DNA of 52,293 bases from Gaiellaceae bacterium. Its GTDB lineage: Bacteria > Actinomycetota > Thermoleophilia > Gaiellales > Gaiellaceae. The stretch is from positions 1 through 52,293 of the forward strand of contig DATFTK010000214.1 in assembly GCA_035262005.1 (NCBI GenBank). The letters are read 5' to 3'. Numbering within the stretch: the first letter of the stretch is position 1; each line of letters begins with the position of its first letter. A model generated the notes under the pieces. The model had not been told where the DNA came from. It searched no databases and saw only the letters and a program-made list of their open reading frames with translations. This document shows positions 33,722-42,954 of the stretch, in pieces. Position numbers and translations under genes: made by a program.

Positions 33722-34567
33722 GTGCAGACCGCGATCGCGCTCCTGCTGGCGCTCGCTTCGACGACGCTCACGAACATCGCGTACCTACGCGAGCACGACG
33801 CGGCCGCAAAGCTGCCGGTGCTGTCGATGCGGCGGCCGCTGCACTCGGCGCACGTGCTGCTCACCGACCGCAGCTGGATGCTCGGATTCGCGATGGAGTC
33901 TGGCGGGTTCCTGCTCTACGCGGCTGCGCTGGCGCTCGCGTCGCTCGCTCTCGTGCAGAGCGTCGTGGCGGGCGGGATCGGCGTGCTGGCGTTCGCATCG
34001 GCGCGCCTCGGGCATCGGCAGCTGTCGCGAAGGGAGCTCGGCGGCGTCCTCCTCTCGGTGCTGGGCCTCGTCGCGCTCGGGATCTCGCTGGCGGGCGGAG
34101 CGAGCAAGGGCGAGAGCGGCGCGACGATCGACATCCTGCTATGGCTCGGTCTCACCGCGCTCGTCGCGCTCGTGCTGCTCGTGGCCGGACGACGCCTGAA
34201 CCAGGTGGCGGTCGCGTACGGCCTGGCCGGCGGTCTGTTCTTCTCGATCGGCGACGTCGCGACGAAGGTCGCGACCGAGGGCGGCGCGCGTGCCGCGTTC
34301 GTGGTCGCGCTGATCGTCGGCTACACGCTCGGCACCGCACTGCTACAGATCGGCTATCAGGCGGGGTCGGCGCTCACCGTGGCGGGCCTGGCGACGCTGC
34401 TGACGAACGCCGTGCCGATCGCGGCCGGCACGATCGTCCTCCACGAGCCGGTGCCGGGCGGCGCGCTCGGCGGCCTGCGCGTGCTCGCGTTCGCGGCGGT
34501 GACGGTCGGCGCGGTCCTGCTCGCCAGGCCGGCGAAGCCCTCCGAGGCTAGCGTTGACCGAACGTGA
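33722..34567 (+). CDS. polytopic membrane protein (DMT/NIPA-like fold suspected)
   Basis: 281 aa with about 9 hydrophobic helices. The GTG start directly follows the TetR TAA stop. Confidence 0.7.
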   Translation: MQTAIALLLALASTTLTNIAYLREHDAAAKLPVLSMRRPLHSAHVLLTDRSWMLGFAMESGGFLLYAAALALASLALVQSVVAGGIGVLAFASARLGHRQLSRRELGGVLLSVLGLVALGISLAGGASKGESGATIDILLWLGLTALVALVLLVAGRRLNQVAVAYGLAGGLFFSIGDVATKVATEGGARAAFVVALIVGYTLGTALLQIGYQAGSALTVAGLATLLTNAVPIAAGTIVLHEPVPGGALGGLRVLAFAAVTVGAVLLARPAKPSEASVDRT

Positions 34568-36201
34568 GCACGTCGCAGGAGATCGACGTCGCACGCGCGG
34601 CGCGCGAGCGGCTCGGGTTCGAGCAGTTGCGCCCGGGCCAGGAGGAGGCGGTGCGGTCCGTCCTCACGGGACGCGACACGCTCGCCGTGCTCCCGACCGG
34701 ATCCGGGAAGTCCGCGATCTACGAGCTCGCGACGGCGCTCGGCGGCGGCCCGACGGTGGTCGTCTCGCCGCTGCTCGCCCTGCAGCGCGACCAGATCGAA
34801 AAGATCGAAGAGGGGCACATCGGATCGGCGGCGGCGCTGAACTCGACGCTGAGCGGGACGAGGCGCGAGGCGCTGCTGGAGGAGCTCGACGAGCATGAGC
34901 TCGAGTACGTCTTCCTCGCGCCGGAGCAGTTCGAATCCGAGGAGACGCTCGAGAAGCTCCGCGCCGCGAAGCCGAAGCTTTTTGTCGTCGACGAGGCGCA
35001 CAGCATCAGCGAGTGGGGGCACGACTTCCGGCCTGAGTACCTGCGCCTCGGCTTCGTGGCCGAGCAGCTCGGCAATCCGCCGACGCTCGCACTGACGGCG
35101 ACGGCTGCGCCTCCCGTCCGCGCCGAGATCGTGGAGCGGCTCGGGCTGAGAGACCCCGTGGAGATCGTGCGCGGCTTCGACCGGCCGAACATCCACCTCG
35201 CAGTCGTGCAGCACCACGACGAGAAGCAGAAGCTGCGCGCGCTGGTCGAGAGCATCGCGGCCGGGGAACGGCCGGCGATCGTGTACACGGCGACGCGCCG
35301 GCGCAGCGAGGAGCTGGCGGCTCGGCTGCGGGCTGCGGGTGTCGCTGCGCGCCCCTACCACGCGGGCCTTCACCGCCACGAGCGCGAGGAGACGCAGACG
35401 GCGTTCATGGAGGACGAGATCGAGGTCGTCGTCGCGACGATCGCGTTCGGTATGGGCGTCGACAAGCCGAACGTGCGCACCGTGGTCCATGCCGAGATCA
35501 GCGACTCCGTCGACTCGTACTACCAGGAGATCGGCCGCGGCGGGCGTGACGCGGCGCCCGCGAGCGCCGTTCTCTTCTACCGGCCGGAGGATGTCGGCCT
35601 GCGGCGCTTCTTCGCGGGTGCCGGCCAACTCGCGGTCGACGAGGCGCTCGCAATTGCTGAGACGGTCGAGGATGCGGACGGCCCGCTGGACGCGCGCACG
35701 CTGCACGTGGTGACGGGCTTCTCCGAGACCAAGGTCCTAGCCGCCCTCGGTCGCCTGGAGGACGTCGGCTTCGTGAGGCTGCTGCCGGACGGCGAGGTCA
35801 CGAAGGCGGAGGGCGCTCTGGCGGTCGACGACGCCGCGGAAGCGGCGGCGGCAGCCCAGCACAGCCGGAAGGAGTACGAGCGGACGCGCGTCGAGATGGC
35901 ACGCGGCTACGCAGAGACGTCCGGCTGCCGCCGCGAGTACATCCTCAGTTACTTCGGCGAGGCGTTCGAGGCGCCGTGCGGCAACTGCGACAACTGTGAC
36001 GCCGGACTGACGCATGCGGACACGCGCAGGCGCCCGTTCACGGTCGGGTCGTCAGTGCGGCATCCCGAGCTCGGCGAGGGCACCGTGCAGCGCTACGACG
36101 GCGACACTGTCGTGGTGCTGTTCGACGAGCACGGCTACCGCACGCTGGCTCTCGATCTCGTCCTGGAACGTGGGTTGCTGAGTGCGGAGAGACAGGAGTA
36201 G
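34564..36201 (+). CDS. recQ: RecQ-family ATP-dependent DNA helicase
   Basis: Walker A LPTGSGKS, DEAH box VVDEAHSISEWGHDFRPEY, and Zn-binding CRREYILSYFGE...CGNCDNC. The GTG start overlaps the upstream stop (GTGA). Confidence 0.9.
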   Translation: MSTSQEIDVARAARERLGFEQLRPGQEEAVRSVLTGRDTLAVLPTGSGKSAIYELATALGGGPTVVVSPLLALQRDQIEKIEEGHIGSAAALNSTLSGTRREALLEELDEHELEYVFLAPEQFESEETLEKLRAAKPKLFVVDEAHSISEWGHDFRPEYLRLGFVAEQLGNPPTLALTATAAPPVRAEIVERLGLRDPVEIVRGFDRPNIHLAVVQHHDEKQKLRALVESIAAGERPAIVYTATRRRSEELAARLRAAGVAARPYHAGLHRHEREETQTAFMEDEIEVVVATIAFGMGVDKPNVRTVVHAEISDSVDSYYQEIGRGGRDAAPASAVLFYRPEDVGLRRFFAGAGQLAVDEALAIAETVEDADGPLDARTLHVVTGFSETKVLAALGRLEDVGFVRLLPDGEVTKAEGALAVDDAAEAAAAAQHSRKEYERTRVEMARGYAETSGCRREYILSYFGEAFEAPCGNCDNCDAGLTHADTRRRPFTVGSSVRHPELGEGTVQRYDGDTVVVLFDEHGYRTLALDLVLERGLLSAERQE

Positions 36202-36246
36202 TGTCGAGACGCTGAGGTCACCGCTGCCGACAAAGGGAGAGTCGCC

Positions 36247-37440
36247 ATGACCAGCGCCGTCGAAACCTCGACCGACATCCGTCCCTTCAACATCGAGTTC
36301 CCCGACGAGCAACTCGCTGATCTCCGCCGCCGCATCGCCGCGGCGCGGTGGCCCAGTCGAGAGCTCGTCGAAGACCGCTCACAGGGGATCCAACTTTCGA
36401 CGATCCAGGCGCTCACGGAGTACTGGACGACCGACTACGACTGGCGCAAGGTGGAAGCCAAGCTCAACGCGCTGCCGCAGTTCAAGACCGTCGTCGACGG
36501 GGTGGACATCCATTTCATCCACGTCAAGTCCGAGCACGAGAACGCGCTGCCGCTGATCATGACCCACGGCTGGCCGGGCTCGGTGATCGAGCTCCTCGAG
36601 ACAATCGGCCCGCTCACCGACCCAACCGCGCACGGCGGCAGCGCGGAGGACGCGTTCCACCTGGTGCTGCCGTCGGTCCCGGGGTACGGCTTCTCGGCGG
36701 AGCCGACCGAGCTCGGCTGGTATGCCGGCCGCGTCGCGCAGGCATGGCCGGAGCTGATGCGCCGCATCGGCTACACCCGCTACGTCGCCCAGGGCGGCGA
36801 CGTCGGTGCGGCCGTCACCGACGCGATGGGCCGTCAGGCACCCGAGGGGCTGATCGGCATCCACACGAATCTCTTCGTGCCGGGGCTGGCGGGCGGGACC
36901 TTCCCGCAGGACACCGACGAGGAGCGCGCGGCGGCCGCAGCGGGCGCGTCCTTCAGGGCGACCGGCTTCGGCTACTTCCTCGAGCAGACGACCCGGCCGC
37001 AGACGATCGGCTACGCCCTGCTGGATTCCCCGGTTGCCCTGGCCGCCTGGATGCTCGACCACGACACGGACAGCTACTACAAGATCTCCAGCGCGTTCGT
37101 CGACGGCGAGCCCTCGGGCAATCTCACCCGGGACCACATCCTCGACAACATCACCCTCTACTGGCTGACCGGCACCGGCACCTCGTCGGCCCGCTCCTAC
37201 TGGGAAAGTGGACAGGCCGCGGCGCGCGCGGCCGGGCAGGCTCCGCCGCCGGTGACGATCCCGGTCGGCTTCACCACCTTCCCGGGCGAGATCGTCGCGA
37301 CTCCGCGTGCCTGGGTCGAGCTGGCGTACCCGACCCTCGTCTACTACAACAAGGTCGACCGGGGCGGGCACTTCGCTGCGTGGGAGGAGCCGCAGCTGTT
37401 CTCGGAGGAGCTGAGGGCCGCCTTCAAGTCGCTCCGCTGA
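36247..37440 (+). CDS. epoxide hydrolase (alpha/beta hydrolase with EHN N-terminal domain)
   Basis: Has FNIEFPDEQLADLRRRIAAARWP and IMTHGWPGSVIE (HGWP oxyanion motif). RBS aagggagag. Confidence 0.9.
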   Translation: MTSAVETSTDIRPFNIEFPDEQLADLRRRIAAARWPSRELVEDRSQGIQLSTIQALTEYWTTDYDWRKVEAKLNALPQFKTVVDGVDIHFIHVKSEHENALPLIMTHGWPGSVIELLETIGPLTDPTAHGGSAEDAFHLVLPSVPGYGFSAEPTELGWYAGRVAQAWPELMRRIGYTRYVAQGGDVGAAVTDAMGRQAPEGLIGIHTNLFVPGLAGGTFPQDTDEERAAAAAGASFRATGFGYFLEQTTRPQTIGYALLDSPVALAAWMLDHDTDSYYKISSAFVDGEPSGNLTRDHILDNITLYWLTGTGTSSARSYWESGQAAARAAGQAPPPVTIPVGFTTFPGEIVATPRAWVELAYPTLVYYNKVDRGGHFAAWEEPQLFSEELRAAFKSLR

Positions 37441-37463
37441 GGTAGGCCGATCGTCACGATCGG

Positions 37464-38405
37464 GTGATGCAGCGCCACTCCGGTGCGGCGGAGTCTTCGG
37501 TGACGGCTGCGCAGCCTCTCACCGCGAATGACCCGGCTCGGTCGCGTCGCGAAGTTCTGAGGAGACAGGGGCGTGCCCTGGTCCGGGCGATTCGGGAGGG
37601 CGACGAGCACGCGGTCGAGGTTGCCGTCCTCGAGCTGAGCCGGTCGCGCAGGATCTTTGCGCCGCTCGTCTTCGCGGTCGGGGCATTCATCATGTTGTTT
37701 CAGGGCCTGAGGCTGCTGTTTGCGAACTGGCGCCTGACCCTGATCCAGGTCCTGCCGGCGATGTGGATCTGGCTGGCCCTCCTCGACCTGAAAGTGCACG
37801 CCTTCAAGGGACAGGGGTTCCGGAACTGGCACAGCGTCACGGCGATCGTCCTCGTATCGGTGATCGCCGTGGTCACCGCCGCCGCGTTCTATCTCAATGC
37901 CGTCTTCGGCTTCGCGATCTCGGAGCCCGGCGCACCACGGATCCGGCCGGCCTTCGCGCGGGCAAGAGACCACCTCGGCGTCGTGCTCGGCATCGGTCTC
38001 GTGGTCGGGGTCGCGCTGGGCGTCTCGGTGATCGTCGTGCCGCGCTGGGGCCACCCCTGGTTCGGACTCTCGCTCGGCATCGTGATCGGCGTGATGATGC
38101 TGACGTACGTCACCATCCCGGCGCGGATCGTCGGGATCAGGCCCACCGGATCGCGTCGGGACAAGCTGGCAGCGTCTGCGATCGGCGGAGCACTCGGAGC
38201 GCTCGTCTGCACGCCGCCGTACGTCATCGGCCGGATCGGCATCCTGCTGCTCGGGTCGCACGTACTCTTCGCGCTGGGCGTCGTCTTGTTGGCTCTGGGT
38301 CTGACCCTCCAGGCCGGCGCGACGGGCGCCGTGAAGGCGGTCAAGATGAGCGCGAAGCTCGCGGCCGGGAGCGGCGACAGCACACGTCAGGAGGTTCCGG
38401 CCTGA
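37464..38405 (+). CDS. hypothetical polytopic membrane protein
   Basis: 313 aa. A charged N-terminal region of about 60 aa is followed by 6-7 hydrophobic helices. No motif recognised. Confidence 0.6.
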   Translation: MMQRHSGAAESSVTAAQPLTANDPARSRREVLRRQGRALVRAIREGDEHAVEVAVLELSRSRRIFAPLVFAVGAFIMLFQGLRLLFANWRLTLIQVLPAMWIWLALLDLKVHAFKGQGFRNWHSVTAIVLVSVIAVVTAAAFYLNAVFGFAISEPGAPRIRPAFARARDHLGVVLGIGLVVGVALGVSVIVVPRWGHPWFGLSLGIVIGVMMLTYVTIPARIVGIRPTGSRRDKLAASAIGGALGALVCTPPYVIGRIGILLLGSHVLFALGVVLLALGLTLQAGATGAVKAVKMSAKLAAGSGDSTRQEVPA

Positions 38406-39247
38406 CGCCAGCTGGCCCAGACCGGTGAGAAGACCGCGCAGACGAGCGACATCGTGATCATCACGAAGACGTAGCCGATCACCGTCAGCACCACGCCGAA
38501 CGAGCCGAACGCTTTCCCGTTCGCGTTCAGCGGCGCGGAGAGAAAGAGCGGTGACGTGGCGATTGCCCCGCCGAGGACGATCGAGGCAAGGAGCGCGCCC
38601 GGAAGCAGCGCCCGCAGCCCGATCTTGCGATGCAGCAGGAAGAACGGCACGAAGAGCCAGAAGGCGGTCGAGCCGATCAGCCAGGCGGGCACGAGGGCGA
38701 TCCAGCCGTGCGCCCGGAGGGTCGCGGCGGAGACGACTGCGACTGCGATCGCGCCCGTGAAGGCGAAGAAAAACACCGCGAACAGACCCTGGTCTGTAAT
38801 CGATCCGACCTCGATGCGCCACGCCCTCGCGTAGACGTCCTGGTAGATCTGGCCGATGCCGATCCCCCAGAGCAGGAAGGTGACGACCACGGTGATGGTC
38901 GCTGCGAGCGCGTTCGCAGAGGCGCTGCCGAACGTCCCGGACACGAGTGTGGCGGTGTCGCCGGTCAGCTTGACGTGTGTGATCAACCGCTCCGCGAAGA
39001 GATTCGCGTCGCTCTTGGACGGGTGGAAGTAGGCGACGAAGACCAGCGCCGCAGGCAGAACTGAGAGGGAGGAGTAGACGGTCGCGGCGCAGCCGGAGTT
39101 CCGGCTCGCCTCGAAGTAGCGGCGAAACCACTCGAGGGCGAAGAGCCCGAGCCGTGTGTCGGCACGCGCCCGCAGCCAGTTCTGGACCGCCTTCGCGCGA
39201 CCGTGACGGCCGGACTCGCTCTCAAGTTCCTCGATCCGCTCAGTCAC
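38387..39247 (-). CDS. YihY/BrkB-family membrane protein
   Basis: GTG at 39247 within track ORF 38387..39535. Has ...FALEWFRRYFEASRNSGCAATVYSSLSVLPAALVF... and six helices, typical of YihY. The GTG overlaps the K-channel stop (GTGA). Confidence 0.8.
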   Translation of the reverse strand: MTERIEELESESGRHGRAKAVQNWLRARADTRLGLFALEWFRRYFEASRNSGCAATVYSSLSVLPAALVFVAYFHPSKSDANLFAERLITHVKLTGDTATLVSGTFGSASANALAATITVVVTFLLWGIGIGQIYQDVYARAWRIEVGSITDQGLFAVFFFAFTGAIAVAVVSAATLRAHGWIALVPAWLIGSTAFWLFVPFFLLHRKIGLRALLPGALLASIVLGGAIATSPLFLSAPLNANGKAFGSFGVVLTVIGYVFVMITMSLVCAVFSPVWASWRQAGTS

Positions 39248-39762
39248 TGGCGTTTTGCGAGCTCCGACATCATCGAATCGAGCCGCTCGAGGCGGTCGTC
39301 GACCTGGTCGAAGCGGGACTCCATCTTCGCGACCACGGCGTCGATCTCCTCTTCGTCGGCTAACGCCTGCTCGTGTTGCGCACGCGCGACGAAGGTCGAG
39401 GTGATGGCGGCTGTGATAATCGCCAGGAACGCAATCCCTTCGAGCATCACAAATGCGCCCACGAGCCGCCCGATCGTCTTGTGCGGCGTGACGTCCCCGT
39501 ACCCGACGGTCGTCACTGTCTGCAGCGACCACCACATGCCGATCCAGATGCTCGAGTACTCACCGGGATCGAGAATCCTGATCAGCGCGCCGCCGCCGAC
39601 GACGACGATGGCCGTGGCGGTGACGATGACGCTGGCAGCGAGTCGGACCGAGGGCGGCTCGCGAAGGAACTTCGACATGCGCCGCTCGATCAGATTGGGT
39701 CGGGCAGCGCCCTTGACCTTCTCGCCGACGCGCGAGAGCCGCTCGGGTCGCATCCGCGCCAT
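39244..39762 (-). CDS. 2-TM potassium channel with C-terminal coiled-coil tail
   Basis: C-terminal 172 codons of track ORF 39244..40740. Selectivity filter WWSLQTVTTVGYGDV. Confidence 0.85.
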   Translation of the reverse strand: MARMRPERLSRVGEKVKGAARPNLIERRMSKFLREPPSVRLAASVIVTATAIVVVGGGALIRILDPGEYSSIWIGMWWSLQTVTTVGYGDVTPHKTIGRLVGAFVMLEGIAFLAIITAAITSTFVARAQHEQALADEEEIDAVVAKMESRFDQVDDRLERLDSMMSELAKRQ

Positions 39763-39942
39763 CTGAAGACGATCCCCCGCTGAGCCCGGCGGCGCATCAC
39801 CCGCGCGGGATGAAGCTGCCTGCAGGACTCGAACGCCGGCGCTGGAAAGACGCCGACTACGCGTAGTGCAATCACGTTTGTTGCAATCGTCGTCGTCGCG
39901 GTCGCCCTGCCGGTCTCGGCCCAAGCGGCGACGGCCGACACG

Positions 39943-41784
39943 ATGCTGGCGCAGCGGTACGCGCCGGTCGTTCGGCTCGTGCGGCAGGACGAGCCGTGTC
40001 ATCACGGCGAGCCCTATGAGCCGACCGCCGTAAACCGCGTGCTCGACAGTCCCGACGTCGTGCTGCGCGGCCCCTGGGACCGGAACAACATCATCAAGGT
40101 CGCACCGACCGCGGAGGATCTCTCCCGCGGGCTGTTCGGGTATCACCTCGATTTCCCCGGTCACGCCGTCACGCCGGGCTGCGACTACGACGAGTGGTCT
40201 CACCGGATCAACAGCGGCTCCGTTCCGCGCACGTACGCGCGCGTCGTCACCGATCCGGCGTACCCGAGCCAGATCGCGCTGCAGTACTGGTTCTTCTACG
40301 TCTTCAACGACTTCAACGACAAGCACGAGGGCGACTGGGAGATGATCCAACTCGACTTCGACGCGCCGAGCGCGCGCGAAGCGTTGGAGAGGAAGCCCGC
40401 GCTGGTCGGCTTCAGCCAGCACGAGGGCGCGGAGAGCGCGCACTGGGGCGGCTCGAAGCTGCAAATTGTCGACGGGACGCATCCGGTCGTGTACCCGGCG
40501 CTCGGGTCGCACGCGAACTACTACACCTCCGCGCTGCATCTCGGCCGAAGCGCTGCGGAGGGTGTCGGCTGCGACGACACGTCCGGTCCGTCGCGGCAGC
40601 TTCGGCCTGCGGTCTCGGTCCTGCCCACGCAAGAGGCCTCGTACCTGCGCGCGTACCCGTGGCTCGGCTTCGAGGGCCGGTGGGGCGAGGAGCACGAGGG
40701 CTTCTACGACGGCCCGACCGGGCCGTCCACGAAGCTGCAATGGGCTCAGCCGATTGCGTGGGCGAACCAGAATTGGCGGGACAAGAGCTTCATCGTTCCG
40801 GTGGGAACCGCGTTCGGTTCGACTGCGACAGGGTTCTTCTGCGGCGCCGTCGCCGGCGGCTCGGCAGTCCTCACCGCTCTCGTCGGCAACCCGTCGCCGG
40901 TTCTGATCGCCCTGACCGTGATCTTGGGAGTCTTCCTTTGGCTGACGTCGCGAACCACGTGGGAGCCGTCCGCTCCCCTCCGGCTCTCACGGCGGCGCTC
41001 GTGGGGCTCGATCGTGACCGCATCGCGGCGGATGTACCTGGGCCACCGCCGTCCGTTCCTCACGATCGGCCTGCTCTTCTTCCCGCTCGGCGTCCTGATC
41101 AGCGGAGTCCAGTACCTGCTGTTCAGAGTCGGTGGCCTGAACGGTCTCGTCGACGCGGCCGGAAGCACGAACGCAGTCGTCGACTTTCTTGCGATCGCAC
41201 TCGGCATCGTCTTCACCGTCTTCGGCCTCGCGATCATCGAAGCTGCCACGGCGATCGCCATGGTCGAGATCGACGCGGGCCGAACGATCACTGCGCTGGG
41301 TGCCTACCGAAAGGTCTTGCCGAAGCTCGGCTCTCTCCTCGCGACGGTCTTGGTCGTCGCCCTCGCCCTGACGATCGTCAGTTTCACGGCGATCGGGGCC
41401 CTGCTCGCCGTCTGGCTGATCGTCCGCTGGTCGTTGCTCGCGCAGGTCGTCGTCCTCGAAGGGACTTCCGGTGTGCAAGGGCTCCGTCGCAGTGCGCGGC
41501 TGGTCCGGGGGAATTGGTGGCGGACCGCCTCGCTGCTGCTCTTCGTCACCGTCGTCGCGCTCCTGCTCGGACCGCTGCTCGGCACCGTGCTCCTCTTCAT
41601 CACCAGCGCGTCGTTCGACTTCGTCAACCTGGTCTCCAGCGTCGTGTACGCGATCGTGCTTCCGTACGCCGCGATCGCCGGGACGTATCTCTACTTCGAT
41701 CTCCGCATCGCCGAAAGTCAGAACGCCGACGCTCGAGTGACGGGGGACGTCCTCCCTGAGGACTTGCCCGCAGCCGTCAGCTGA
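39943..41784 (+). CDS. Vps62/DUF946-like extracytoplasmic domain fused to a polytopic membrane domain (true start probably upstream)
   Basis: Has YAPVVRL...LQYWFFYVFNDFNDKHEGDWEMIQLDF, a Vps62-type signature, followed by 6-7 TM helices. The frame stays open upstream to 39814 and encodes a signal-peptide-like AITFVAIVVVAVALPVSAQA with no ATG, GTG or TTG. Confidence 0.7.
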   Translation: MLAQRYAPVVRLVRQDEPCHHGEPYEPTAVNRVLDSPDVVLRGPWDRNNIIKVAPTAEDLSRGLFGYHLDFPGHAVTPGCDYDEWSHRINSGSVPRTYARVVTDPAYPSQIALQYWFFYVFNDFNDKHEGDWEMIQLDFDAPSAREALERKPALVGFSQHEGAESAHWGGSKLQIVDGTHPVVYPALGSHANYYTSALHLGRSAAEGVGCDDTSGPSRQLRPAVSVLPTQEASYLRAYPWLGFEGRWGEEHEGFYDGPTGPSTKLQWAQPIAWANQNWRDKSFIVPVGTAFGSTATGFFCGAVAGGSAVLTALVGNPSPVLIALTVILGVFLWLTSRTTWEPSAPLRLSRRRSWGSIVTASRRMYLGHRRPFLTIGLLFFPLGVLISGVQYLLFRVGGLNGLVDAAGSTNAVVDFLAIALGIVFTVFGLAIIEAATAIAMVEIDAGRTITALGAYRKVLPKLGSLLATVLVVALALTIVSFTAIGALLAVWLIVRWSLLAQVVVLEGTSGVQGLRRSARLVRGNWWRTASLLLFVTVVALLLGPLLGTVLLFITSASFDFVNLVSSVVYAIVLPYAAIAGTYLYFDLRIAESQNADARVTGDVLPEDLPAAVS

Positions 41785-41884
41785 CACCGGATCCTTACGA
41801 GATTCTCAAACCCGTCTCAGGCCCGTCTTAGTCGACGTAGGTGCAATGGCGTGCGTCACCATGGACCGAAAAGGGAGCCGATCT

Positions 41885-42895
41885 ATGAATCGTCCAAGGA
41901 CAGGACGCACTACTCGCAGGTTCTTCTTCTTAGTCACCACTGCGCTGGCGACGGCGGCGGTCGCGGCCGGCGTCGCACTTGCCCGGAGCGGCCCGGCGCC
42001 GATCGGGACCGGGATCGTCGTCATCAACACCTCTCTGGGCCTGCAGAGCGCGTCGGCGGCCGGTACCGGAATGGTGCTGACCTCCTCGGGTGAGGTCTTG
42101 ACGAACAACCACGTCATCCGGGGTGCGACCTCGGTCAAGGTCGTCGTCCCCGGGACGACGCACGCCTACACCGCGCGAGTCGTGGGCTACGACGTAGCCG
42201 ACGACGTCGCCGTCCTGAGGGTGGTCGGCGCTTCGCACTTGAAGACCGTGAGCACCGCCGCGTCGGCGAAGCTCCGGGTCGGCCAGAGGGTGCGCGCCGT
42301 CGGCAACGCGAACGGCGGCGGCAGGCTGCTCTCCGCGCGTGGCTCGATCACAGGTCTTCGCCAGTCGATCGAGGTGAGCGACGACTCGGGCGGCAGCGAA
42401 AGCCTTGCCGGGCTGATCGAGACCAATGCCGACCTGCAGCCGGGTGATTCCGGCGGGCCGCTGCTGAACGCCTCCGGGAAGGTGATCGGGATGGACACGG
42501 CCGCGTCGACAGGAAACTTTGTCTCGACGGCCGCGGATTCGTACGCGATTCCGATTGCCAAGGCGCTGTCCGTGGCGAAGCAGATCGTCGCGGGACACAG
42601 TTCCTCGCGCGTGCACGTCGGCGCGACGGCATTCCTCGGCATTCAGGTGCAGGGCCAGGGCGGGGGCGGTCTCGTCGTCGAGGGGATCGTTCCCGGCGGC
42701 CCGGCGGAGGCCGCGGGGCTCCAGGCCGGCGACGTGATCACGTCGATCGACGGGCATGCGGTCACGACGCCCAGCTCGCTCACGAGCTACTTGCTGACCA
42801 AGAAGCCGGGCAACAGCGTCACGATCGGCTTCACGGACGGGCTTGGCGCCGGCCAGACGGCGAGCGTCAAGCTTGCCAGCGGGCCGCCGCAGTAA
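41885..42895 (+). CDS. HtrA/DegP-like trypsin-fold serine protease with PDZ domain
   Basis: ATG at 41885 with SD aagggag. Tat-like TRRFFFL signal. Catalytic contexts TNNHV, DVAVL and GDSGGPL. The C-terminal PDZ has GLVVEGIVPGGPAEAAGLQAGDVITSIDG. Confidence 0.85.
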   Translation: MNRPRTGRTTRRFFFLVTTALATAAVAAGVALARSGPAPIGTGIVVINTSLGLQSASAAGTGMVLTSSGEVLTNNHVIRGATSVKVVVPGTTHAYTARVVGYDVADDVAVLRVVGASHLKTVSTAASAKLRVGQRVRAVGNANGGGRLLSARGSITGLRQSIEVSDDSGGSESLAGLIETNADLQPGDSGGPLLNASGKVIGMDTAASTGNFVSTAADSYAIPIAKALSVAKQIVAGHSSSRVHVGATAFLGIQVQGQGGGGLVVEGIVPGGPAEAAGLQAGDVITSIDGHAVTTPSSLTSYLLTKKPGNSVTIGFTDGLGAGQTASVKLASGPPQ

Positions 42896-42907
42896 CCGTG
42901 ACTCAAT

Positions 42908-42940
42908 GCGGTAGCCGCCGTCGCTGACGGCGGCTACCGC
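42908..42940. terminator. bidirectional terminator-like hairpin between convergent genes
   Basis: GCGGTAGCCGCCGT(42908-42921), loop cgctg, ACGGCGGCTACCGC(42927-42940). This is a perfect 14-bp stem. Confidence 0.5.
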
Positions 42941-42954
42941 GCCGCACACGACGG

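Noticed and set aside
34564-36201. RecQ as a defence-island helicase.
   Set aside because: It has the canonical RecQ core with a Zn-finger and a Tudor-like tail. There is no nuclease or methylase partner, and its neighbours are a TetR gene and a membrane-protein gene.
39861-39867. Programmed +1 frameshift at GCG-UAG-U, analogous to prfB, to join the ATG-39810 ORF to the Vps62-like gene.
   Set aside because: The P-site GCG codon cannot re-pair well in the +1 frame (CGU), and I see no upstream SD-like stimulator. An indel or a non-canonical start is more parsimonious.
41785-41884. An ECF (SigE-like) promoter upstream of the HtrA-like gene (GGATCC ... CGTCT).
   Set aside because: The match to the GGAAC-N16-17-CGTT consensus, as I remember it, is weak, and I cannot verify spacing or usage. 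I report only the direct repeats.
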